From: an uncultured Candidatus Saccharibacteria bacterium
GTDB lineage: Bacteria; Patescibacteriota; Saccharimonadia; Saccharimonadales; Saccharimonadaceae
Direction: 5' to 3'
DNA: 64,000 nucleotides
Assembly: GCA_964429055.1 (NCBI GenBank)
Contig: CAYSAK010000003.1
Span: forward strand, 5,962 to 69,961
In this document: piece by piece, positions 52,091-61,595 of the stretch
How positions within the stretch are numbered: the first letter of the stretch is position 1
Layout: every line of letters starts with the position of its first letter
The notes under the pieces: generated by a model
Seen by the model: only the letters and a program-made list of their open reading frames with translations
Told to the model about the DNA's origin: nothing
The model's database searches: none
Position numbers and translations under genes: made by a program

Positions 52091-54151
52091 TTAATTCAAA
52101 GTGGTTAATTGTTGATATTTGGCGATGCCGGCCATTAATTCCTTATATTCTACCATATTTTCTGGATTTTGCAAGAAATCTTCGACGTCCATCTGGGCGC
52201 GGGCGATGAGTTTGGTATCTGAGAGAGTGGCGATACGAAGATCCAGGGCGCCGTGTTGTAAGGAGCCATAGATTTCCCCTGGACCACGGAGTTTTAAGTC
52301 TACTTCGGCGAGGTAGAAGCCGTCGCTAGACTTTTCGAGCTCACGAAGACGGCGAGACGGCGGAATGTCGCCAGAGGTGATTAAGAAGCAGTAGGCCTTC
52401 GAAGCGCCACGTCCTACTCTACCGCGCAGTTGGTGAAGCTGGGCCAGGCCGTATGATTCGGCATTTTCGATGACCATTAAAGTGGCATTTGGCACATCGA
52501 CACCGACCTCTACTACGGTGGTAGAAACTAAAATGTCAATTTCGCCGTTAGCAAACTTCTCCATTACGGCATCTTTTTCAGCTGGTTTCATTTTGCCATG
52601 TAAAAACTCGATGGTCTTATCTGGAAATGCTTCGCGAAGCTTGTTAGTGCGAGTTCTGACTGAGGTTGCCTCCGAGATTGGGCCTTTTAGACCATCTTCG
52701 ATGGCCTTACAAATCCAATAAATCTGCTGGCCGTGCATTTTGGTGCCTTTACCTTTGATGTCTGGTTTTTCGGCGAGAATTTCTCGCATCTTTGGATAGA
52801 GTTTTTCGCGCATCTCAACCTCTTCTAGAATTTTGGTTTCAACTGGCTGGCGCCCGGCTGGAAGTTCATCTAGAATTGAGACATCGAGATCGCCAAAAAC
52901 AGTGAGCTGCAGAGAGCGCGGAATTGGCGTGGCGGTCATTGAAAGAAGATGTGGCGCTAAACCGTGCGGTGATTTCAGAACTAGTTTTTGCCTCTGTTCT
53001 ACACCAAAACGATGCTGCTCATCGATGATGGTGAGGGTGAGATTATGAAACTCGGTGTCATCGGTAAGTAAAGCGTGCGTGCCAATAGTGAGATTGATTT
53101 CACCTGATGCAATCTGTTTTTTTAGTGCGGGTTTTTGCTTGGTTGCCCCGATTAACAGAGCGGTTTTAACGCCAAAAGGCTCTAATAATCTTGACAAACT
53201 CTCAAAATGTTGTGTAGCTAAAATAGCGGTAGGGGCGAGTAAAGCCACTTGGCCACCTGACAAAATCGTTTCGTAAGTTGCGAGTGCTGCGACCATGGTT
53301 TTGCCTGAGCCGACATCTCCCTGTAATAAGCGGTTCATTGGCACCTTTTTTTCCATGTTTTGGAAAATTTCCCAGGTGGCTCTTCTCTGCGCGTTGGTTA
53401 GTTTAAATGGCAAGCTTGCAACAAATGCACGGATTTTCTCGGCATCAAATGGCACTGAAATGGATTTTAGTTTCTCATTTTCACGGCGGTTGAGCTTGGC
53501 GGCCAAGATTAGCTCAAATAACTCTTCATAAGCGAGATATTGCCTGGACACTTCAATATCTTTTGAAGAATTAGGAAAATGCGCTCTAAAGAGCATCTCG
53601 CGCCTGGTACCTGGTTTGACGGTCGGTAGTAAATCCGGTATTTCGGCAAATCTTTCCCTTGCGCCATTAAAAAACCGCTTAAAATCGTGAGATTTGAGAC
53701 CGCCATGCGCAACATAAATTGGTGTTAGGCCCGAGGTCGGATCAATATCAGAAACGAGTGCAGCCGAAGGTGAAATAATGCTCCAGCGACCGTTCTTTAG
53801 TTCATAATTCCCTGTAAAATAATACTCTTTTTCTGGCGAAAATTGACGGGCTCGGTAACTTTGGTTGAACCAAACTACTTTGACGCCACCGGTTTCGTCA
53901 CGTATGATTCCTTCGGTGACGGTGAGATTGCGACGCCGAGCTCGCCGAGTGGTTATAGAGTCAATTTTTCCTTTAATTACGACTTTACCAGGGCGGATTT
54001 CGTTAATTGAGGTTGGTGCAGCATAGGTTTCGTAGTCTCTTGGCAGAGTGTAGAAAAAATCCCGCATTGTTTTAATGCCAGCTTTTTTTAACACTTCCGC
54101 CGTCTTCGGCCCCACCCCTTTGATATTTTCGACCGAATCAAATAAATTCAT
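52091..54151 (-). CDS. recG: ATP-dependent DNA helicase RecG
   Basis: Wedge/OB domain, Walker A GDVGSGKT, DEQHRFG, QLRGRVGRG. The start at ATG 54151 (MNLFDSV) gives an ATGA overlap with the trmD stop. The track start at 54178 would overlap trmD by 31 nt. Confidence 0.95.
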   Translation of the reverse strand: MNLFDSVENIKGVGPKTAEVLKKAGIKTMRDFFYTLPRDYETYAAPTSINEIRPGKVVIKGKIDSITTRRARRRNLTVTEGIIRDETGGVKVVWFNQSYRARQFSPEKEYYFTGNYELKNGRWSIISPSAALVSDIDPTSGLTPIYVAHGGLKSHDFKRFFNGARERFAEIPDLLPTVKPGTRREMLFRAHFPNSSKDIEVSRQYLAYEELFELILAAKLNRRENEKLKSISVPFDAEKIRAFVASLPFKLTNAQRRATWEIFQNMEKKVPMNRLLQGDVGSGKTMVAALATYETILSGGQVALLAPTAILATQHFESLSRLLEPFGVKTALLIGATKQKPALKKQIASGEINLTIGTHALLTDDTEFHNLTLTIIDEQHRFGVEQRQKLVLKSPHGLAPHLLSMTATPIPRSLQLTVFGDLDVSILDELPAGRQPVETKILEEVEMREKLYPKMREILAEKPDIKGKGTKMHGQQIYWICKAIEDGLKGPISEATSVRTRTNKLREAFPDKTIEFLHGKMKPAEKDAVMEKFANGEIDILVSTTVVEVGVDVPNATLMVIENAESYGLAQLHQLRGRVGRGASKAYCFLITSGDIPPSRRLRELEKSSDGFYLAEVDLKLRGPGEIYGSLQHGALDLRIATLSDTKLIARAQMDVEDFLQNPENMVEYKELMAGIAKYQQLTTLN

Positions 54152-54888
54152 GCTTTCCCCGAATGTTCTTCGCGCCATTTAGCGATTTCGCCGTGGTTGC
54201 CAGAAAGCAAGACTTCTGGTACTTTCATACCGCGGAAATCTTCTGGTCTGGTGTATTGTGGATATTCCAAATTATCGCCATCGGAAAATGATTCAATTTC
54301 GGCTGAAGTCTCGCCACCGAGTACTCCGGGGATGAGCCTTACCACTGAGTCAATAATAATTAGTGCTGGAAGTTCCCCGCCGGTTAAGATGTATTTTCCT
54401 AGCGAAACCTTGTAATCTACCAGAGACAAAATTCTCTCGTCATAGCCTTCGTAATGTGGACATAGAATGATGTAATGGGAGTTCGCACTCAGTTCGGGGC
54501 CGCGTCCGGCCGGCCTGTCGCCACGGGCGGCCGGCGCTAAATCTCGCGCTGCCGCGCTCCGAAATGCCCCGAACCCGAGTGCAAACTCCCTTGCCAGGCT
54601 CTGGTTCCAGATTTCGCCTACAGGAGTTGGGATAATGACTTTGGCGGATGGATCTTTGGCTTTGACAGATTCAATGGCGTTGAAAACTGGTTCGCAGCGA
54701 AGAAGCATGCCATCGCCACCACCGTATGGTGTATCGTCTACTGAGCGGTGTGGACCTAGGCCAAATTCGCGTAAATTCACAAAATCAAACTCCGCGAGAC
54801 CTTTTCTCAAGGCTTTTTCCATCATTGACGACTGGAGATATGGTTCAATCGCCTCCCTAAACAGTGTGATGATTGTGAATTTAATCAT
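54148..54888 (-). CDS. trmD: tRNA (guanine37-N1)-methyltransferase TrmD carrying a 38-codon palindromic-element insert
   Basis: MIKFTIITLFREAIEPYL..., DDTPYGGG.GM, CPHYEGYDERI, GGELPALIIIDSVVRLIPGVLG. The upstream 25 codons of the track ORF (to 54963) cover a terminator hairpin and the -10 box and are rejected. Confidence 0.93.
   Translation of the reverse strand: MIKFTIITLFREAIEPYLQSSMMEKALRKGLAEFDFVNLREFGLGPHRSVDDTPYGGGDGMLLRCEPVFNAIESVKAKDPSAKVIIPTPVGEIWNQSLAREFALGFGAFRSAAARDLAPAARGDRPAGRGPELSANSHYIILCPHYEGYDERILSLVDYKVSLGKYILTGGELPALIIIDSVVRLIPGVLGGETSAEIESFSDGDNLEYPQYTRPEDFRGMKVPEVLLSGNHGEIAKWREEHSGKA
54477..54590. repeat. GC-rich palindromic element, in-frame copy in trmD (114 nt)
   Basis: Arms GGGAGTTCGCACTCAGTTCGGGGC / GCCCCGAACCCGAGTGCAAACTCCC. 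Core GCGTCCGGCCGGCCTGTCGCCACGGGCGGCCGGCGCT...CGCGCTCCGAAAT. Confidence 0.88.
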
Positions 54889-54895
54889 AAGATAT

Positions 54896-54904
54896 ATTAT
54901 ACCA
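54896..54904 (-). promoter_or_regulatory. Extended -10 promoter (TGgTATAAT) 7 nt upstream of the trmD ATG (leaderless)
   Basis: The minus strand reads TTTTGTGGTATAAT-atatctt-ATGATTAAA. No SD. Confidence 0.5.
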
Positions 54905-54905
54905 C

Positions 54906-54931
54906 AAAAGAACCGGTCTTGCGACCGGTTC
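54906..54931 (-). terminator. Rho-independent terminator ending the candidate sRNA upstream of trmD
   Basis: On the minus strand GAACCGGTC-gcaa-GACCGGTTC is followed by TTTT. Confidence 0.65.
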
Positions 54932-55053
54932 CGCGCTGATGCGCGCCCACCCTTGGGGCACATTGGTTTGTTTTAATCCGCTGTTTTTGTTTTAATGTAA
55001 GTCTCCACACTCCACTAATTAATCAGTGGAACCCCTGTGAAGCGTACCAGCTT
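54906..55053 (-). ncRNA. Candidate ~150-nt structured small RNA or leader (unknown family)
   Basis: Bounded by a TTGACA-N17-TATGCT promoter (55060-55088) and a strong terminator. Contains hairpins CCACT-gattaatt-AGTGG, GCCC-caagggt-GGGC and CGCGC-atca-GCGCG. It has no SRP, tmRNA, 6S or RNase P signature motifs that I can recognise. Confidence 0.25.
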
Positions 55054-55059
55054 AATTTA

Positions 55060-55088
55060 AGCATAAAGCATAAGCGTCTATTTGTCAA
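55060..55088 (-). promoter_or_regulatory. Putative promoter of the candidate sRNA
   Basis: The minus strand reads TTGACA (55083-88) - 17 nt - TATGCT (55060-65). Confidence 0.35.
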
Positions 55089-55099
55089 GCCTATTTTTT

Positions 55100-55155
55100 A
55101 AAAAAGGAAAATCCCCGAGCGAGGTCGGGGATTTCTGCCCCCTATAAGAGGGGCA
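55100..55155 (-). terminator. Tandem terminator hairpins after the 194-aa gene
   Basis: On the minus strand TGCCCC-tcttatag-GGGGCA, then ATCCCCGA-cctcgc-TCGGGGAT followed by TTTCCTTTTTT. Confidence 0.65.
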
Positions 55156-55182
55156 TTTGGAGGGGTAGGGGGCAATCACCAC

Positions 55183-55767
55183 TTATTCAGTGGTAAACTG
55201 GGATATTCTGGGTAGTGTTCCGGGACGCCAGAGTTTTTTAAGTGCTTGCATATATGCTCTGCGCACTTCCGCTTTGGTGGTTTTAAGAGCCAAAGCGATT
55301 TCCTCGACTTCCATTGGCGATATGCCTGGTTTCAAACCGAAATATAGTTTGAGGACTTCAGGCTCTATGCCAGCCAGGTTTTTGTCGAGGGCCGAGAAAA
55401 CGGCGTCTTTTTCTCCTTGAGTGAGATTCCGATATTTTTCGTATCTTTCGTTTGACATCAGGTCGTAGAACCCGCTGACGAATGAAGCGTCAGCGTAGGC
55501 ATGACTGACGGCTTGATAGAGTCGTCCCATTGCAAAAGACTCTGGGTCGAAATCGTGCCGGATAAATCCGTGCAGATCGAGAGCCTCTTTTACCTCTTCC
55601 AACCAATCATGACGATCGGGGTTTTTAGGCGTGCAGTGGTAATGATGCCTCGCCGTGGAGACAAGGCTGTCTATTGGCATGTACCGACAGGTCTGCAGAG
55701 CTTTTTTGCTTAGATGTAACTCATCTAAGGTTTTCAGCTCTTCCACACTTCTTACGACAAAATCCAT
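55183..55767 (-). CDS. Chimeric RNAP-module protein: alpha-CTD-like HhH N-domain + sigma70 region-4-like HTH C-domain
   Basis: 194 aa. N-terminal LDELHLSKKALQTCRYMPIDSLVS....(W)LEEVKEALDLHGF resembles the RpoA C-terminal domain ([25 protein letters not shown]...SLTEIKDVLASRGL). C-terminal LTQGEKDAVFSALDKNLAGIEPEVLKLYFGLKPGISPMEVEEIALALKTTKAEVRRAYMQALKKLW resembles sigma region 4. Confidence 0.55.
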   Translation of the reverse strand: MDFVVRSVEELKTLDELHLSKKALQTCRYMPIDSLVSTARHHYHCTPKNPDRHDWLEEVKEALDLHGFIRHDFDPESFAMGRLYQAVSHAYADASFVSGFYDLMSNERYEKYRNLTQGEKDAVFSALDKNLAGIEPEVLKLYFGLKPGISPMEVEEIALALKTTKAEVRRAYMQALKKLWRPGTLPRISQFTTE

Positions 55768-55829
55768 TTACCTTCCCCTTTCAATGTTCTATAGAGCCCT
55801 CCCAATAAAAAAAGAGCATCTATATTTTC

Positions 55830-55858
55830 ATTATATCACAAAAGTTCAAAAAAGTCAA
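55830..55858 (-). promoter_or_regulatory. Sigma70-type promoter of the 194-aa gene
   Basis: The minus strand reads TTGACT (55853-58) - 17 nt - TATAAT (55830-35). The ~60-nt leader has GGGAGGG and GGGGAAGG. Confidence 0.6.
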
Positions 55859-55887
55859 CTAAAGCACTATGTTGACCTGTAAAAATA

Positions 55888-55896
55888 TGTTATAAT
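55888..55896 (+). promoter_or_regulatory. Extended -10 promoter (TGtTATAAT) 6 nt upstream of the obg ATG (leaderless)
   Basis: tatgttataat-tagttt-ATGTTT with no SD. Confidence 0.5.
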
Positions 55897-55899
55897 TAG

Positions 55900-57255
<1,356 letters not shown>

Positions 57256-57257
57256 AA

Positions 57258-58349
57258 TTACATCCCTGGTGGATAAATGTAGTTGAGGTTGGCGGCAGAA
57301 CTTGCCGGGATGGTTGAGCGAATCGCTACGAATGCGCGGTAGTTGTAGTTCATCTCTGTGGCGACGATAGAACCATCGGCGTTGACGGCTTCAACATAAC
57401 CGACGTGGCCATACCAGCCAGCGCTACTTTGGAAGACAGCACCAGCTACTGGCGTACCATGTTTGACGGTGTAACCAGCATTGGCGGCACGGACTGCCCA
57501 GGTATTGGCGTTACCCAAGTTGGATGGTAAGTCTTGGCGGTTATACCAGGCCCACTGAGTACATTGGCCAGCTACATAAGGACCGCCGAGACCGTAAAAG
57601 GTACCAAGTACTTCAATATTTTGACGGGCTGAGTTGCTACCAAGGTAGGTGTAGTAGTAGGTAGCTCTAACTGGTGGGACGTATTCTGGGCGCTCGGTCT
57701 CTGGTAAAGTACCACCCTTAATTAGGATTCTCATCCCCGTAGAAATACCAGATACCTCAAGGTCGTTTAGGGCGATGATTTCAGCGACCGAGGAGCCATA
57801 TTTAGAGGCAATTTCTTCAACAGTATCGCCAGATTTCACAGTATAAACAATACCGCTGGTACTTGGAATATACAAAACTTCTCCCGCCGAGATATTGGTA
57901 TTTTTCTTGCCGTTAGACCAACGAATTTGGTCGGTGGAAACTTTATAATAGGAAGCAATTGAGGCCAAATCATCACCTTCTTTTACCACATATTCAATCA
58001 CACCACGGGAGACGGCAATATCGGTAATGTTTGGTTTTTCAATTTTACCGGTGGAAGTCTGGCCGGCAGTATACATTGAGGTGGTTACCACATAATTGGA
58101 GGCCACATCTGTGGCACTAGCAAGATTAAAAGTATCAGATACATCAGCCACCACATACATGGCCGATAACTGATCAACTGAAACTTTGTAGTTATCCTCG
58201 GCAAAAGTGTTTAAACTTAGGCTAGTATCGGAGTTATTCTTATCAAGTGAGCCGACAAAAACAATAGTTAGTGTTAAAACACTAGTCACGATATAAGGCA
58301 AAAGGCCTTTTAATCGTTTTAAATCAAATTTTTTCTTCCTTTTCGTCAT
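57258..58349 (-). CDS. Cell-wall hydrolase: N-terminal TM anchor, two LysM domains, C-terminal CHAP domain
   Basis: 363 aa. LysM (YVVKEGDDLASIASYYKVSTDQIRWSN; YTVKSGDTVEEIASKYGSSVAEIIALN). CHAP (GQCTQWAWYN ... GWYGHVGYVEAVNADGSIVATEMN). Confidence 0.85.
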   Translation of the reverse strand: MTKRKKKFDLKRLKGLLPYIVTSVLTLTIVFVGSLDKNNSDTSLSLNTFAEDNYKVSVDQLSAMYVVADVSDTFNLASATDVASNYVVTTSMYTAGQTSTGKIEKPNITDIAVSRGVIEYVVKEGDDLASIASYYKVSTDQIRWSNGKKNTNISAGEVLYIPSTSGIVYTVKSGDTVEEIASKYGSSVAEIIALNDLEVSGISTGMRILIKGGTLPETERPEYVPPVRATYYYTYLGSNSARQNIEVLGTFYGLGGPYVAGQCTQWAWYNRQDLPSNLGNANTWAVRAANAGYTVKHGTPVAGAVFQSSAGWYGHVGYVEAVNADGSIVATEMNYNYRAFVAIRSTIPASSAANLNYIYPPGM

Positions 58350-59809
58350 AATGATACATTACAGAGGACTTTGCAGTGATAGTAAATATTCCGGGCATGC
58401 TCGGCCTCTGTAGTACTATAATACATCAAACCATCGTCTCCTGTCAAGAAATAAAGGTAAGAAGTATCTGATGGATTGGCTACGGCAAGAAGGGCGTTTA
58501 AGCCTGGATTAGAGATGGCTCCACAAGGGAGTCCGGTATGTAATCTAGTATTATAACAGGAGTCAATCTGAAGAGCGGCGGAATTATCTTTATAGATGGT
58601 GCGATCAGGGTCGGTCACGTCTAATGCGTAAGAGACGGTAGCATCTGCGCCTAGAGTCCAGCCGTAGCTGAGTCTAGTCATCAAGACTTGTGCTACGGTA
58701 GCTACATCTGAAGGAGTGGATTCCCTTTGGACGATGGAAGCTATAATAATACCTTCGTGCAGAGATAATCCATGTGTCGCATACTTGGCTTCCAGGTCAT
58801 TTTCAGTGATTACTTTTTCCATTTCGATCAAAAATTTCTTCAAAATATCTTCCACAGTGTCTGTAGAATAAAAGTTTAGTGTTTCAGGGAATAAATATCC
58901 TTCTAGACTTGCTCCTTTCGGGCGGTTTTTTAAGAATTCATAGTCATATTCGGCATTAAATGCGGCTTCAATTTCTTCCTTAGTATAGTTTTCTATAGGT
59001 TCTTCGTCTTCTTCAAGTTCGGCACCGCCACTGCGGTCAACCTTCAAAAGTTCTTTTTTTATTTCGAAAATTGTTTCACCTGGACGAATGGTAAAATCGA
59101 AAGTTTTGGCTTTCATCTTAGCTTCCTGTTCGGCATATTCTTTTTCACGTTGTTCCCGGACATAATCACGATATTTAAGGACAGCCGTTGCACCGAGTAG
59201 ACCTAGCACAATAATAATTGCCGGGATACCAAAAACCGTCCATTTTTTAAGTTTATGCTCGGTTTTTTTAGCATTTAGGGCGACTTTATTCTTCTCTTTT
59301 TTGGCAATAGTCTGGATAGTTTCTATGGTCTCTAGGCTTTCTTTAGGTAGGCGCAAATTAGTTTTTGAGGTTTTAGGTTTGGCTGTGGTAGCTGGTTTCG
59401 CGGCTTCTTCTTTAAAATTTTCGATAAAATCCTGCAAAATAATTGATGCGGCTTCGGCATCAATGTCGCCTTTTTCGTAGTTTTTCTTACGAGATTTTAG
59501 GCGTTTTTCGGCTTCTACCGAGGTTAAAGATTCGTCTTGAAAACGAATTTTGGCTCCGGGCACCATTTTGGCTAGGGTGCGAGCAAAGGCTCGGACGTAC
59601 AAAGTCTGCTTGGTTTCGTTTCCTTCGTTGCTACGAGGAAGTCCTAGAACAAAGAAATTTGTATTGTTTAAGTTAGCAATTTTAGCAATTTCTTGCCATT
59701 CTGAGCCGTCGGCTAAAACAAATCCCACCGGTACGGCAATTTTGGTGCTAGAATCCGCCTTGGCCACACCAATGCGTTTCTCGCCAACGTCGAGACCGAT
59801 AATTTTCAT
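58346..59809 (-). CDS. Fusion protein: RuvX/YqgF-like nuclease (N-terminal) + TM helix + MltG/YceG endolytic transglycosylase (C-terminal)
   Basis: 487 aa. Residues 1-135: MKIIGLDVGEKRIGVAKAD...GLPRSNEGNET...DESLTSVEAE (YqgF). TM helix WTVFGIPAIIIVLGLLGATAVL. YceG motifs EGYLFPETL, ASIVQRES, YNTRLHTGLPCGAISNPG, YLYFL. Confidence 0.85.
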   Translation of the reverse strand: MKIIGLDVGEKRIGVAKADSSTKIAVPVGFVLADGSEWQEIAKIANLNNTNFFVLGLPRSNEGNETKQTLYVRAFARTLAKMVPGAKIRFQDESLTSVEAEKRLKSRKKNYEKGDIDAEAASIILQDFIENFKEEAAKPATTAKPKTSKTNLRLPKESLETIETIQTIAKKEKNKVALNAKKTEHKLKKWTVFGIPAIIIVLGLLGATAVLKYRDYVREQREKEYAEQEAKMKAKTFDFTIRPGETIFEIKKELLKVDRSGGAELEEDEEPIENYTKEEIEAAFNAEYDYEFLKNRPKGASLEGYLFPETLNFYSTDTVEDILKKFLIEMEKVITENDLEAKYATHGLSLHEGIIIASIVQRESTPSDVATVAQVLMTRLSYGWTLGADATVSYALDVTDPDRTIYKDNSAALQIDSCYNTRLHTGLPCGAISNPGLNALLAVANPSDTSYLYFLTGDDGLMYYSTTEAEHARNIYYHCKVLCNVSL

Positions 59810-59812
59810 AGT

Positions 59813-61546
59813 TTATTCCTCAGTTTTAACATCAACATCGATGATGACGGTAATTTTATTCGGGTCGTTTGGAATTGATCTCACCCATGGATATGAAGTA
59901 GTGATATTGATTTTACCCATTCCGGCAATATTGCTCAAGTCATGTTGAGCTGAGCCAACACCTTTTCCTTTGACCACTTCTATAATATCATTTTCGGTGA
60001 CTTCTGGACCAGAAATATAGGAAGTTTTAAGTTTGCCAGTGTAGCCACCTTCAACTTTGATGAAGTTTTCTATAAACGGATCTTCGATGCTGTAGATTTT
60101 GTAGTTTTCGGCAAGTTGAGCCTTTTCTTTGATAAATTCTTCCATCTTGGTCTTATCAATAAAGTAAACCGTGTCGGTAGTAACTACGCTCAAAGTAGCT
60201 TTGGCGCCTTCTTTGACTTCTTCACCAACTTTTGGCGTGGAAACTGCTTCGCCGACTGTTTGTTTGTAGCTCGGTTCAATAATAAACGAAGTGTCGGAGA
60301 TTTCGTCAAATAATTTATCTTTGTTGAACTTGGTCGTATTATTCTCATCGGAATTAAGATCTGAAAGCGCCTTATCGATATCGGATTGTTGAACGATAGT
60401 AATTATTTTGTCAGTACCGCCGGACATTTCCTTGTCGGAATAGGCACCATTGATTCTGGCTGGTGCTCTCCAACCAGTGTCAGACGCAGCAATATTGTAA
60501 CTGGCGCCTGGAGCAACTGCAGTAACAGAAATTCTTCCGTAAATCAAACATCCATTTGAAGTTAAGCTGCTATTATTATCGCCATTGGCATAACCAGTTC
60601 TCAAATCTGGCAGACTGCCGCTCCAAGAAATTGAAGAATCGGCGTCAGCTGCAAAGGCGTAGTCTCCCCATGTGAAGATATCGCCAGCGCTAACGTAAGC
60701 AGTTCCACCAGTGATTGGCAAAAATGCCCAGATAACTAATTCCCCGCCGGCTTTTTCACCAATGTTTTTCTCGCCGGTGGCTTCAAATTTGGTTTCAACC
60801 TTGGTTTCGAGTTTCTTTTGTTCGATATAGAACTTGCCTTCAGTGGCGTTCTCGTCGGTCATAGTTTCAGTAAAGGATACATTTTGAGAGAAAGGACTCT
60901 TGGTGGTGCGTATTTCTACTGACACGATGGCGGCTGGCGCAATGCCAAAGGCCCAAACGAGAACTAGAATCAAGACGATAAGTCCAATGCCACAGCCGAT
61001 GCAGAGTTTTTTGTGCTCTACGATCCACTTTAATACTGGATTAGCGATGTTGCTGATTTTTTTACCAGCTTTTTTGGATTTTTTATCATCCTTTTTATCT
61101 TTTTCGTCGTCATTTTTATCGTTTTCTTCTTCGCCTTTTTCTTCAGTAGCTTCTTCACCTTCCTCGGACGCTTTTTCTTCTTCAATGACAATTTCTTTGT
61201 TGCCCTCTTTGTCAGTTTTCTCAATAATCTCTTCGACTAATTCATCTTCGACTGGCTCGATTTCGTCAAGTTTAGGAATTTTAGGAGCGGTTTGCAAATC
61301 TTCAGTGACCGGGAGCTTGGCGGAGGCGGCTAACTTCAAAATTGAAGGGTCGGTGGTGACCAGTACAATGGATTTAGCAGTATTTTTGCCAGATTTGGCA
61401 ATCAGTTTGATGTTTACGATGCTCCTTAGAATTGCAGCTTTTTTAGGCGGAACCAACGCCACGATTTTTTCCTTGGAACTTTCGATCTTGTTAATGATAT
61501 CAGTAATATCATCCTCGGGTTCGATATAAATGACGTCTTTATTCAT
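59813..61546 (-). CDS. Hypothetical bitopic membrane protein (cytoplasmic N-domain, acidic/Lys-rich linker, TM helix, large extracytoplasmic domain)
   Basis: 577 aa. No recognisable catalytic motif. TGcTAAAAT lies 6 nt upstream of the ATG (leaderless). Confidence 0.5.
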   Translation of the reverse strand: MNKDVIYIEPEDDITDIINKIESSKEKIVALVPPKKAAILRSIVNIKLIAKSGKNTAKSIVLVTTDPSILKLAASAKLPVTEDLQTAPKIPKLDEIEPVEDELVEEIIEKTDKEGNKEIVIEEEKASEEGEEATEEKGEEENDKNDDEKDKKDDKKSKKAGKKISNIANPVLKWIVEHKKLCIGCGIGLIVLILVLVWAFGIAPAAIVSVEIRTTKSPFSQNVSFTETMTDENATEGKFYIEQKKLETKVETKFEATGEKNIGEKAGGELVIWAFLPITGGTAYVSAGDIFTWGDYAFAADADSSISWSGSLPDLRTGYANGDNNSSLTSNGCLIYGRISVTAVAPGASYNIAASDTGWRAPARINGAYSDKEMSGGTDKIITIVQQSDIDKALSDLNSDENNTTKFNKDKLFDEISDTSFIIEPSYKQTVGEAVSTPKVGEEVKEGAKATLSVVTTDTVYFIDKTKMEEFIKEKAQLAENYKIYSIEDPFIENFIKVEGGYTGKLKTSYISGPEVTENDIIEVVKGKGVGSAQHDLSNIAGMGKINITTSYPWVRSIPNDPNKITVIIDVDVKTEE

Positions 61547-61595
61547 ACCACAATTTTAGCACATTTTTTAAAGCTTGTGTTAAAATATATATAAG

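Noticed and set aside
54889-54963. N-terminal 25-codon extension of the trmD ORF (MCPKGGRASARNRSQDRFFCGIIYL) in the six-frame track
   Set aside because: It runs through a terminator hairpin and the TGgTATAAT box. Conserved TrmD sequence begins at MIKFTIITLF (ATG 54888).
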